The notes beneath the pieces are model-generated. The model was not told the DNA's origin and made no database searches. It saw nothing but the letters and a program-made list of their open reading frames with translations. Both the position numbers and the translations under genes were made by a program. A stretch of 64,000 bases of DNA from Fonticula alba ATCC 38817 (taxonomy: Eukaryota; Protista; Nucleariida): NCBI GenBank assembly GCA_000388065.2, contig KB932204.1; one strand, written 5' to 3'. Every line of letters begins with the position of its first letter. Position 1 is the first letter of the stretch. Shown piece by piece: positions 50,231-62,700 of this stretch.

Positions 50231-51048
50231 TTAGTTGCGGAGCTTGCGGGTGCTGGGGAGCTCACCGGCCTCGGCGGCGTCAAGGCGAGCCTTGCCGATG
50301 CCCATGCTCTGGAACATGCAGGTGTCGAGGACGTTCTGCTCCTGGCGGCAGTAGCGGAAGGACTGGTTGTTAAGGTCGATGCACTTCCAGTAGCGGAAGA
50401 ACTCGTCCGAGCAGTAGGCGTTGACCTTGTTCATGCTGAACAGGGGAGGGAGAGAGAGAGAGAGAGCGGGGAGGAGGGGGAATGGGGTCAGCGGAAGGGT
50501 CGGCGGGGAGGGGGAGAGGGAGGGTGGATGGGTACAGCAGGGGGAAGAATGGAGGAGGTAGACAGGGCGTACATCTCGGAGGCACACTTGACAACCTCGA
50601 CACTCTCGTCGATGCACTTGTCGACGGCACTACGGAGGGGAGAGGGGAGAGGGGGGAGGACCGGAGAGCGGGGGGATGTTAGCCAGTGGAAGCAGCAAAC
50701 GAGGGACAGAGATTAGGCCAGACGCACATGTTGGGGTTGTTCTCGTGGCAGGTCATGAACTTGGTGTTCTGCTGCATGCAGTACTCGCCGATGTAGAAAG
50801 CAGAGCTGAGATCGCGACCAGGACAATCCCACCGGGGGGGTGGGGGGGGGAGCGGGAGAAGGAGGACAAAGGGATGGGTCAGTCTGGGGGCGGTCAAGGA
50901 GAGGAGAAACAGGGGAGAGAGGGGGGGAGGCCAAGCAAGCGCGAAAGGGGCTCTGGGCGCACGCCATCAGCGGGGACGAGGTCACCTGGAAGGAGGAGGC
51001 GGCCTCGGGAGAAAGGGGGGTCTTCTGGCTGTCGGTGGAGTCGGACAT
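50231..51048 (-). CDS. NDUFA8: Complex I accessory subunit NDUFA8 (Cx9C protein), 4 exons; the extreme C-terminus is uncertain (possible GTGAG donor near 50265)
   Basis: VTSSPLMASAFYIGEYCMQQNTKFMTC..KCIDESVEVVKC..AYCSDEFFRYWKCID..FRYCRQEQNVLDTC: four Cx9C-spaced pairs. Confidence 0.9.
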
Positions 51049-52180
51049 GGCTCTGTTGCGGATTGGCCAAGTCCGTCGGCGGACACGAGAGGGAACAGAC
51101 CGGTTAGGAGGAGCCAAAGGCAGCGGAAGAGCAGGGCAGAGATTCCAAGAAAAAGGGAGGGGGGACGAAGGGGAAGGGCGGGAGAGGGCGGCAATGCCAT
51201 GGCCGCTGGGGCCCAAGCACAAGGACAGGCGGGCCGCCATCGGGTGCCACCCATGCGACCGGCAACGGAGTCCGACGGCCGGCGCAGCTACACGCGCGCG
51301 CGCGCGCGCGCGAAGCCCACGCCCAGACGATAGGGGGGGAGGCAAAGTTTGGGGGCACACCAGGGGGAGGAGGGAGAGAGGGGGGGGGAGGGCAATAGGT
51401 ACAATTCAAGAAAGAGGGAGAGGTCGGGGAGCAGTAGGGGGGGGGAGATACTGCCGGGGCCGGGGCCTGTGTGTGGCGGACGGCCCCGGCAGCCGGCCCT
51501 GAGGGGGCAGCCCCTTCAGTTGCAGAACAAGAGAAACAGCGCGGCGATCGGCGCCCGGCGAGAGACACGTCTGGAGGCGCAACGAGAGGGGGGGGGGGGA
51601 GCAGCCCAGCCCGGCCGGCCCGCCGTCCAGGCAAACCTCGAACGCCCCCCCCCTCCCAGGGGACATATATTCAAGCTTGCAGGGAAGAGCAAAAGGGCGA
51701 GAGCAGAGAACGGGGAATGGGGGACACCCGCGCGACCTTCCGGCCGAACAGGTGCTATCTAGGCCGGTCAGCCTGCATGTTGGGGAGCAACAACCCTCCC
51801 CGCTCCCTTCACAGGCACCCCCCCCCCCCCCAGACGAGAGTGGATGCCAACTGAACACTCTTCAACCCTACTACTGCCTGCGCGCGGACACGCGCGCGCC
51901 TCCCCCCGCGCCGCCATACCCTGTTGGACCCGACCGCAAAAGGCCGAGGAAGGGGGCAGCAATGCCACAGCCCTGGCCTGCCCGGTGGACCAAGCCACCG
52001 GACAGGCGCCTCAAGTGCGCATGCGCATCCACATCCCCACATGTCCGGATAAGAGACCAAAGCAAGAGGCAAGGGCGAAAGAACGAAAGAGAGAGAGGGG
52101 GGGGGGGGGGGGGGGGCGGAGGCAGGGTGGCAACAACATATGCGGCCAGTGGTGTGTTGAAATGGTATTCCGTGGTCTGA

Positions 52181-53120
52181 TCAAAGCATGTGATATGTGC
52201 TTGAGAGGTGCTCTCTCAGGCGCGTGACCAGCTGGCCGAACTGCAGCCGCGCATTGGCCGACGGGCCATCGAGCCAGACACAGCGCACATGCACTGCCTC
52301 CTGGCCCTCCTCATGGCCTGCGCCGGACTCCGAAGGGCGAGCAGCCGGGGTGCAGAGAATCTCACATCGGAAGAGGTATGTCTGGTTCATGAAGTCCGGG
52401 GGATCGTGGGCCGGTGCGTCCCCTGCCTCCGGGGTGGGCCCACCGTCGGCCGGCGGTTGTGCCGAGTCAGCCAGAGCCTCACTGGCCGGGCGCTTTGCAC
52501 CATGCAAACGCCGGGCCTTGCGGTTCCACGGGTTGAAGAGCATCCGCAGGCGCATGATGAGCTGCGGGGAACGGCGCGGCCCGTCGACTGGCGCGTGGGA
52601 AGAGTCGCCATCCGGCGCGTCGATGTCCGGCACGCCGGTGAGTCGGCACGCCTCAATCACAACTCCTCCGCCGGCCGAGAGGCCGAAGAAGCGTGCCAGG
52701 CTGGCCTTCAGGGAGGATAACTCCGGCACCGGGCCAGGAGGGTCTTTGTGTCGTGTCAGGGAGAACTCCTCAAAGTGGATGGCTCGCGGCCTGGCATGCT
52801 TGCCGATGGCCAGGGGGCTCTGGGGGAGGCCGATGCGGGATGAGCGAGAGCAGGAGGGACTACGTGGTCAGCAAGAAAGGGAGGGGAAAGGCCTGCACAC
52901 GGGGACAGAAAAAAGAAGGCAGAAGAGCGACAAAGAGAGAGAGAGAGAGAGAGAAGGACAGAGGAAGAGGAGGGGACGCACGCGTGGAATATGGGCCTCA
53001 GTATGGGACCAGGCAATTGCCCATCGAGCGGTACGCCCTTGGCGAAACTCGGCAACCTGGAAGTTTGCGATCTGTCGTCGGCGGGATTTGAGGCGGAAGG
53101 AGGAAGAGGCGGTCAGGGAC

Positions 53121-53191
<71 letters not shown>

Positions 53192-54748
53192 AAGAGGACC
53201 CTCTGCGAGATTGGAGGCGGGGAAGAGGGCTCGAGCCCACGGTGGACATACGGATTTCTCTCGCAGGTGACGGCGGACATCCTCAACATGTGAGGCAAAT
53301 CCCAGCTGGCTGGTGTACCATCGGATGCGGGTCTGCAGGCCAGGAAGACAGGACTCGTCCACCAGCCGACGGACAAAGGCCGCCTCGCCGCCGGTGGTGC
53401 TCAACTCATGCGCAGCCCCCGGCGGGCGAGTGGTCGTCCAAGCGCCGGCCCCCGAGGCCCGGCGCAAACCAGCCGACGCATCCAGCTGGGCCTGCCCCGT
53501 GTAAAAGGGCGGGTTGCAAATGGTGAAGTCCAGGCGCCGTGGCAATGAGAGGGCCGTGGGTCTGGAGTCCCCGAAGGGGGACAATTCCAGATCACCGGTG
53601 TCCGGGTGGAAGAGCGGCTCCAGGATCGCAAGGGCCCCGTCTGGCCGGAGAGTGTGGAAGAGGGCAATTTCCTTGGCAAGACCATTGCGCTCGATGTTCG
53701 CCTGGGCTGAAGCGAGCGACTCGGCGTTGGTGTCTGAATTGGGCCAGGTTAGATCGGGGTATCCTGGACCCAGAAAGACGGGCATATGTATCCCCCCCCC
53801 CCCCCCCCCTGTGTCGGGGCGATATGGTGGAGCCGCCCGCCGCCGTGGCCGCAGCCGGGAGGCCCGGGTTCCGAGGAGCGAAAGGCCGAAACCAGCGACC
53901 TCCCCCCGCCCAACGCTTGCTGACTCGCCTCAGACCCCCCCCCCCCCCCCGCGCCGCTGACTGAGGAGGCGCACCGATGCCGAGCATCATCCAATCCGGA
54001 TGGAGCCGCAGAGCCAGCAGTGGATAGATGCACGAATGGCCAACACCACTGTCACACCCGAGAGGGAAGGTCAATAGGAGGCGTGATGGCAGTGGGGAGG
54101 GAGGAGTAAGTGACGGGCAGTTGTGCCAAGGCGGCGGTGGCGGTGCAAAAGGGCATTGAGGACGCAGACGCACATGTCAATGCCGCAGGCTGGGGATCGG
54201 GCCGAGGGCGGGACCAGGCCCGTGGCATCCTCCGCGTCCTCGCCAAGGCCAAGCAAATCCTCCACCCAGTGGATGTAGTTTAGCCTGGGCGTTATGGTTG
54301 GAGGCCACCCGAAAGAGGGGGCGAGGCCAAAGAGAAGCAGGGTCAGTCCCATGTAAGATGCCCACACGGGGCGCAAGGAAGGGGGGAACGATTCAATTAT
54401 TCACATGGCACAGCGGGGACATGGGACAAGGAGGGAGGAAGCGCAGTCGAGCACACTACCTGACCGTGATCGCCGGGCAGAGGACCCCCTCGGGGAGGAC
54501 GACATCCAAGTTGAATTCATCCAGCAGCAGGGCCCGGGTCAGTGCAGCCGTGGCCCCGGGTCGGGAGAAGTCGATGCTGGCCAGAGGGGGGCGTGTGCGA
54601 CCCGCTGTGGCAGCCTGGCTGGTCTGGGCGTCGGCCGGGTCACGGTCCCGGACACTGGAGGTATGATGGAGGTCAGGGGAGCCGGCCATAGCCAGAAGAA
54701 CAGGCGAGGGAGGCAGGGCCGCCGAGGAAGGGGCGGCGGGAGGCGAGA

Positions 54749-54795
<47 letters not shown>

Positions 54796-54927
54796 CGACA
54801 GGAGGCGTGCTGCGGGGGGGGGGGGGGGGGGGGAGGGGAACACGAACAAGTCCGCGAGGAAGGGATACTTCTGGGCGAGGGTCCGGAAGCAGGGGGTCCG
54901 CGAGGCGAAGCGATTCCGCGGGTGCAT
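52181..54927 (-). CDS. METTL16: METTL16/RlmF-family RNA N6-adenosine methyltransferase with C-terminal KA1/VCR-like region
   Basis: MHPRNRF, LDEFNLDVVLPEGVLCPAITVRLNYIHWVEDL, GIDIGVGHSCIYPLL, catalytic CNPPF, GGEAAFVRRLVDES, RWYTSQLG, FRQGRTARWAIAWS, C-terminal PWNRKARR. Confidence 0.94.
53123..53189 (+). repeat. Poly-G homopolymer (67 nt; poly-C on the METTL16 sense strand), intronic
   Basis: Uninterrupted G run. A second run of 45 G lies at 54751-54795 in METTL16 intron 1. Confidence 0.95.
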
Positions 54928-55855
54928 GGGCGGCGGGGACAGGAGGTGGCAAGAGGTCCGTGCGAGATGGCCAGGGCGGAGCAGCAGCGATGACGAAGAA
55001 TGTGCGGTGCAATGGGTGGAGGGGACAGGGAGAGGGTCTTTTGCTCGCGCCCCCGGAGAAGGCAGGACAGGCCCCCCGGCCTCTTGACCTGAAGAAGGAC
55101 AACATCAAGCGGAACGTCCATCTCATCCGGGTCCACCTCGGCCCGGTGTCCTCCCGTGCCCCCCTCTCCCTCTCTCTCCCCACATCTCAGCCCCGCACAC
55201 TGTCTCTGCCTCTTCCCCGCCTGAGGCCCTGTGCCGCAGGAGGCACGACCCTGCCTACTCCACATGTTGGCTCCCCCCCCCCCCCTCCGCGGCCCCGATA
55301 TACCGCACCATGGTCGGGAGGAGTTCGAAAAAAAACGGAGCGCCCCTCTCGGTCCCGGGCGCTGCCACGTCCCCTCTCTCGCCCCTCCTTCCCCCCTCCC
55401 TTGGGCGCGGGCGGCAGTGAAAGAAAGGGAAAAAACGATGATGCGGATGAGATGGCCAGGTGTGTGAGGCAGGTATATTTTTTCTCTTGGGGTCACACAC
55501 AGCACACAACACGGGGCTCCCCCCACAGGTGGGAAGGGGGGCACCGCCGCCGCAGTGGGGCCGCGCGCACACACGCAAAATTAAGCAACCCACATGCACA
55601 TGCAAACCCGACACACTGCCTGCGCACAGCGCCCCTGCAGAGAGGGGGAGAGACGCGGCGCGGGAAGGTGTAGTGGATGCACAGCCAAGGGGGGACCACC
55701 CCGGGAGCAGCCCGGGAAAGAGAGGGGCACAGGACACGACCGGGGGACAACGCATCGGCGCGCGCCCCAAGAAGATCCCGGGGACCCGGGGGGGGGGAGT
55801 CATCCTCTGCGGACCGGAAGGGGGTGCGATGAGAGAGAGACGAGAGAGAACACAT

Positions 55856-56700
55856 TTAGTTCTCCTCCTCCTCACCCTCGAACTCCTCATCACCACCCTC
55901 AAGGTCGAAGTACTTGATGGTGTAGGTGTAGGAGCCGGTGGCGGAGACGCGCATGTAGTCACGGAAGTTGTTCTTCTTGAGGAACTTCTTGGTGAGGTAC
56001 TTGAGGTAGCGCTTGGAGAAGGCGATGGTGGTGGTGACGTTCAGGAAGTCGCCATCAGCCTCAACAACGATGTCCTCGCCGAGGTTGGCGGTCTTGCCGT
56101 TGACCTTGATGCGGCTGGCAATGTACTGCTGGAAGTTGTCCATGTCGAAGATGGAGTCACCCAGGGGGAGGGAGCAGTCGATCTTGAAGACGCGCTTGGC
56201 AGCCTTGGGGGTAGAAACGGGCTGTGATGAGGGGGGAGGGCGGCGGCGGCAGAGGGCGCATGTGAGTGGGGCAATGCCGGGAGGGGGGAGAGAAGGGCCG
56301 GGCACTTGCGCGCGTATGTGTGTGTGCAAAAATGGCGTGGCGCATGATCCCCCAACCGGAGAAAGGAGCACAGCACCGGGGGGATGGCACAAGCGCGGAA
56401 GCTTCGTCGAGGGGAAGAAGAAAACCAGAGAGGGGGAGAGCCGGGACACCGGAAGGCGCATGAGAGCGTGACGCAGCCATTGGCCACCACCCGGCGGCCC
56501 TCTGGTAACTTCTCCGACGAGAGCCACGCATTGACCAACCAACCGGAGGAGGCACCTTGACACCCGGGCATGAGGGGGGGACCAAGAACACCACCCAAGG
56601 GATGGGAGGGGCGCAGCAAAGGAGCAATGGGGAGGGGGCGCGTGTGGGGAATATTCTGAGTGCTTTAATGCGGCTCACCGCGACTGACCTTGACGGCCAT
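55856..56700 (-). CDS. RPL22: 60S ribosomal protein L22 (eL22); exons 56700-56689 (MAVK) and 56221-55856
   Basis: FKIDCSLP, RIKVNGKTANLG, FSKRYLKYLTKKFLKKNNFRDYMRV, acidic tail. Phase-0 intron GTCAGT...CACAG. Confidence 0.97.
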
Positions 56701-58883
56701 GATTGCAATCCTTTCTTTACACTACAGTACTGTAGACGCAACACAAACTAAGGATGTGCAACCGCGGACGATAAAATGGCATTGGACACAGAGAGGGGAA
56801 CAAGAGCAAGGGCAAGAGTTAGGACAGCGAGCAGGGGAGGTACGCACGATCTTTGTGTCCAGGCGAGGGGAAGAGACAGCCGGCGAGGACGCTCTCGGGG
56901 ACAAAAGACGAATGAAGGGCAAACTGGGTGGGGGGGGGGAAAGGGGACGGGCAACGCTACACGCGAGCATGAACGCCCGCGGCAGGCACCGAGGCTCACA
57001 TGGTCGGGTGGGGGAGGGCCGCAAACGCAAGCACAATCGTTGAGGCGCGCGGGCGTGTATATGCGCGTGAATGGACTTGTGTGCTCGTAAACCGGTACAC
57101 ACAAGGGCAGACACACACACACACACACACGCGCGCGCGCACACACGAACGCAGGCGGGCGAATGCGACACTCACGCGCAGCACACAAGAGGCCGACACC
57201 ACAACCAGTCAAAGAGAGAGAGGGGAAGGGAAAGGCGCGCGCGGCGACGTACAGGAACCATATGGAGGGAGCGAGGCCCTTTGGCGGCGGGCCACCCTGA
57301 GCTCCCACATATATGGGCGGAAATGCATGCCCGCACGCGGGTCCCCGCGAGCACCCGCGCGCACGCGCGCGCCAGCACATCGCCCGGGGAGACACACACG
57401 CGAGCGCGCCTCCCCCCGCCCCCCCCCCCCTCTCCGGCGGGGCTCGGAAGACACCAGGGGGAAGACCGACGCTCAGGGGTGTGGCCGCTGCCCCCCGCGC
57501 GCCCCGCCCCCGCCGACTTCAGCCCCCGTCCCTACACCCGCCTGCGCCATTGGGAACGATGCTGGGGGTCCCCCCCCCCCTCCACTACTTCGACTCTCAA
57601 ACAGGCTGCTTTACCAGACACACACCGGCGGGACCGGCGCCAGAGCCCCGGCGTGTTGAACAATGCAGCGCACATAGCCCCCCCCTCCCCCCCCCCCACC
57701 CTGGGCGGGGTGCGCACATACGCCAGGTGGGGGCGGGCACCGTGCACACGCGGGGCGAGGGTGGGGGGGGGACCGCGCCGGGGCAACAGGACAACCCTCG
57801 CACCGGCCCGCCCACATGCACGCAACGGGAAACAGGGATAGCCCTGGCCCGGCGCCACAAGGTGCACCATGCTGCACATGCTATCGCGAGGGCCTTGGAA
57901 AAGACAGCGTGGCGCCTGCCTTCTCGTCCCGGCGCCCGGCCCCGCCCCCGACCCCACCCGGAACAACATGCCGCTCCCAGGCCAGCCCAACCCCCCGAAA
58001 GGCACACGAGAGGCGCCCGAAGGGTGTTCGGCTCGGACATACAATGACCCAGGAGGCTCGGAAGCGGCTGCGCAGGCATTGGTTGCCTCCAGAAGAAGCC
58101 TCACACCGGAAAGCACAAGGAAAGACCCATGCCAGCTCTCCCACGCGATAAATATAAAAACATGGATTTTCCAAGTCTCTCCCTCTTTTTTCCGCACTGA
58201 AAGCCCCTTGCGTCTCCAGGGTTTCGCCAGGGGTTTCCAGTTAAGAACACCGAACGACCCCAAAATCAACGGTCTAGGGTCGCACCCGGGTGATCACGTC
58301 CCCATATTCGAATCACGCACTGCACACCGGCCAGCCGCCAATTATTTTTAAATTTCCTCCTGTGTATCCGGATTTTTATAACTGCCCAGAACCGGCGGCT
58401 GTTCACCGGCAGGAGCGGCGGAATCTGCGCTCCCGGCTCGCCATTCGGGCACCCGCCCCCGACCCGCCGCCCTCTGGCCCAGTCGGGCTGTCCTGGCGCT
58501 GCCTTTTCCAGGGCGGAGCCAATGGAGACGCTTGCTTGCGTTTCCCGGGGAACATCTCTCGGCGTGGCCCGCACCGCCGGGCCGAAGATTGCAGCCCCCC
58601 CCCCCCCCCTGTTTGGCCACCGAGAGGGAGGTGGCGCAGAAGGAGGACAGGCAAGGCAGGGGAGGAATTTATCATGACCCGCGGCTGGCACTCGTCCCCG
58701 GGCCCCTCCGGGGATGAGCCAGAACGCCTCCTCCCTCCGCCCCTTGTCGCCACACATCCGCATCAGCCTTGTGGGCTGACTTCGCCCCCCTTCCCTCCCT
58801 CCCTCCCTCCCTCCCCCTCTCTCTCTCTCCCTCCGTCCGCATTTCGCCCCGCCTTGCCGTCCGACCCCTGATGCTACCTGACC

Positions 58884-59676
58884 ATGCGGGGCACAGGCTC
58901 TAGCCCTGGAGCCGGAGCGCAGCGGCCGAGTGTCCCGGCGGTGCCGGCCTCCGGGCTACCCCCACGCGCACCGCTCCCCCTCGATGGGACTCTCTCCCTG
59001 CAGCACACCTCGGACATGGTGCGGCGCCTGAAGAAGCGGATCGCCGGAACAGCGGCCACGATCGGACGCGAGGACCCCGGAGTCGGAGCGGCACCAGCAG
59101 CAGTAGCAGCAACATCAACATCAACAGCAATGGCAGCAGCAGCAGCAGCAGCGACAGCAGCCGCACCATCCCGGGCGCCCCTCTCCCAGTCGCGTGTCCG
59201 GCGATCTTTCTCCTCCAGCTTCGGTGACCTGCTGGCCGGGCTACCCCTGGAAGAGCCGGGTGCCTCTGGCAGTGGCATTGGGGAAGCGCCTGGCTTTTCT
59301 CTCGCCGCCCTGAGTAGCGGAGATGTCTCCGACTCATCGCTCTCCTTCTCCTCACTGCTGAGCGGCCCTGGTGGTATGCGTCCAGCCGACTCGGTCGTGG
59401 CCGCGACGCATTATGGCAGCTCCTCCCCCCTCACCGGGATCCCACTATCCCTGACGGCATTGTCGTCCTCCTTTTCCGGATCTTCCACGACTCCGACCGC
59501 CGGCCCTGGGGTCCTATCGGCCTCGGCCGGGCCCGGTCCAAGTGCCGGCACCGGTGCCTCTCGACTCACGGCTTCAATGCTGGAGCCAGTCGAGGGAGCC
59601 GCGGCTCCGGCCACAGCTACGACAGCATCATCGGCAACCACGACAGCGACGGCAACGACGGCGACGGCAGCAGCAT

Positions 59677-59708
<32 letters not shown>

Positions 59709-62700
59709 CCTCTGCCGATGATGGCGGCCATCAGTTCCATCAGCCGGCCGCGATCCCCTGCACCGAACGACCTCCCCGCATCGAAGCGCCCGCGATCGGA
59801 CGCCGACACTTCCCCCCCAGGACCTCCTCCGGCATCCCTCCTCCCGACGCCTCAATTCATGCCACCCTTTCTCGGAGACTTCGCCGGGCCAGCGGACGAG
59901 TACCTGCGCGGCGCGCCGGCACTGACAGATCTGGAATCAGCAGCTCGATCGCAGCCGCAGCAACCGTCCGTGTGGATGGCGTTGTTGAAGCATCACGAGG
60001 CCTCGACGGCCGTCCGACTGGAGGCCTACCGGCGCGAGGGTGTCCCAGCCACATCGGCCGCCTTCACCAACGCGCTGATTCAACTCCGGGGGAATTACCA
60101 CCTGGCCCTGCAATCCATTGGGGCCGACTCACCCAATGACCCGCTGGTAGTCCGGCTTTGGCTGCGTTTCACCGACCTGCAGCGGTTCGTCCACAACCCT
60201 TCGCCCTCTCTCTTCTCTCTTCTCTCTCTCTCTCTCTCCCTTCCCTCCTCTTCCCCTTCGCCTTCTGCCTGGAATGCCAGCACCTAACTAGCCTTCGGCC
60301 ACAGCATCACAGGTGACGACAACGCCTCCATCGAGGCTTCCTTCCGGCGACTGGATGCCGGGCGCATTGGCCGACAGGATGCCCGACTGGCTGTGGCATA
60401 TGCAGACTTCGAGCTCCGCCGAGGACGCCCGGCTCGTGCGCTGGAGATCCTTCAAAACGGTGCCCTCGACGGGGCCCTCCCCTATTCACACCTGAAGGCG
60501 GCTCTGACCAAAATGAAAGATATTCAGAGATCCCAACAATCACAGTCGCCATCACACTCACAGCATCAGCAACATCAGCAGCAACAGCAGCATCAGCAAC
60601 AGCAGCAACAGCAGCATCAGCAGCAACAGCAGTCGCAGTCACAGTCGCAGTCGCAGTCGCAGTCGCAGCCCCAGGCTCCGACCACCACCATATCACCTGT
60701 ATCCACGTCACGCCCCCATCGTCCCCCCGGCACTGCAACAGACACTAGCCGGGCAACCGCCGAGCAGATTACCTCCTTCTTCCGAGAGGCGGCTTCGCGT
60801 CCCGCCAGCCTTGCGACATCGGTTTCGGGGGCATCCCCGGCGGATGGCCTTCCGGCGGCGGTTCCGCGTGCCATTGCCAGTGGCCTCTCTTCATTTAGCC
60901 GGTCTGCCAACCTGCTGACAGGTGAGGCATCGGGCTCGGGTATGGGCCCGACTTCGACCGGGGCCACCAGCGGCTCGGCCGCCTCGCCGCCCCTGCGGGA
61001 TAAGCCCATCCGTCAGACCGTGGCCAGTCTCTCGGCCTCGCTGCATGCACTGAGCTCGCATCAGGGCCAGCAAGTGGCCCGGCTGGCGGCCGGATCGGCA
61101 CTTCAATCGGCCTCGACGTCCACCAGTCCCGGGGGGGACCCATCGCTCCCGGCCCCGGGCGCCACCTCGGCGGCTATTTCCCCACCGACCTCGGCTCCAG
61201 CCTCGGCCCCCCTCCAGACCATGGGACAAGCCTCGCACCAGGTCCCGGTTTCGACCCTGGCCGGGGGATCGGCTCCAGCTCCGGCTCCCATTCCCCTCCC
61301 GGCCCCGACCTCGGCCCCGCCGCCACCCCCGCCGCCTGTACCGGTTGGTGGTCGGCCAGCCAGCCCGCGCGGCGGGGACCATGCCCTGGGCAGTGTCACA
61401 CCAGTTCGGACACCGGTCCACAGGGGGGCTGGGTCGCCGGAATCCGCAAGTCGCTCGCGCATGGGCCAGCAGCTGGCCTCCCCGCCACCAGGAGATCGGG
61501 GTCTTTCCCCGGCTCGTGGGGCCGGTGTTGGCATTGTCGGCCCAGCTGCCGCGTTGACGCCCAGTCCGGGGCAACGGGGCGGCCGGCGCGTTGGTGGGGC
61601 GCTGGTGCCACCACCCCCGCCACCCCTCTCCGGAACGCCGACGGCCACGGCACAGCTGGCCGGGCCCCGGGGCGCAGGGCGGCCTTTGGCCACGTCTTCG
61701 GGGCCGACCCGGCCGGCCAGCCCGGCCAGTGGCAGTCCGCAGACTGCGGCCTTCCGCGCGCCACTCGACCAGCCGGTCTTCCACTCGCCCATCTCCAAGG
61801 CCATGTCGCACCGGAGCCAGGAGGCCCCAGCCTTCAAGTACGCGGCCGAGGTGGCCGCGCGCGAGGGGCTCACCTCGAGCAGTGACACCTCCGTCGTCGA
61901 AAATGATCGGTTCATTCGCGTGCGTGTGCTTTCTCTTTTCTTTTGGCAGCCCGGATCGCTCGTGCCTCCTGTGCAATGCGCTGACCCTGTGCCTTCGGTG
62001 TGCCGCACGCGTGCCACATCAGATCAACAACATTTCATACACCATCGAGGCGACCATCGGCAAGGGCGGCTCGAGTCGGGTTTTCCGCGTGGTCGATGAG
62101 GCTGGCCAGGCGTTTGCTCTCAAGCGGTGTGTCTCTCTGTCTCTTTCTCCATCTCCCTCCCTCCCCCCCCCTTTCTCTCTCTCGGTGTCTTCCTTGCTCC
62201 ATACCCTCCCCCCTTGTCTTCTCCTCTCTGACGCTCTTCCCCTCGATCGCTCTATGTCCCTGGATTCACCCGTCGCCCCGGCCGATCTGTCGGCTGTAGA
62301 GTCAATGCGGTGAATGATGATGAGCAGACCTTCCAGGTGTTCGTTAATGAGATTGCCCTTCTGCGGCAATTGAACTCCAAGAGCAATGTCATCCGGCTGA
62401 TCGATTCATCCATCAATCGGAAGGATCGGCTGATCTACATTGTGATGGAGCTCGGCGACACCGACCTGGCACGCATGCTCCACCGGCGGCGCGGCGAGGC
62501 CGTGGACTTCAATTTTATTCGGCTCTACTGGCAGGAGGTACAGAGCATCTATCGGTGGCTTTCGCCCAGCTTCTTCCCCCCCCCCCCCTCTCTCTCTCTC
62601 TTCCTCTCTCCCGCCCCGGCAGACGCAAATCTAATACCCGCAATCCGACATGAGTAGATGCTCCGAAGCGTCAAGGTCATTCATGATGAGTTCATCGTGC

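Noticed and set aside
56462-56548. Two-hairpin segment in RPL22 intron as a possible H/ACA snoRNA
   Set aside because: The hinge does not match ANANNA, and the 3' end reads ATG rather than ACA.
58268-58320. tRNA A/B-box-like words (GGTCTAGGG, ATTCGAATC)
   Set aside because: No cloverleaf stems can be formed.
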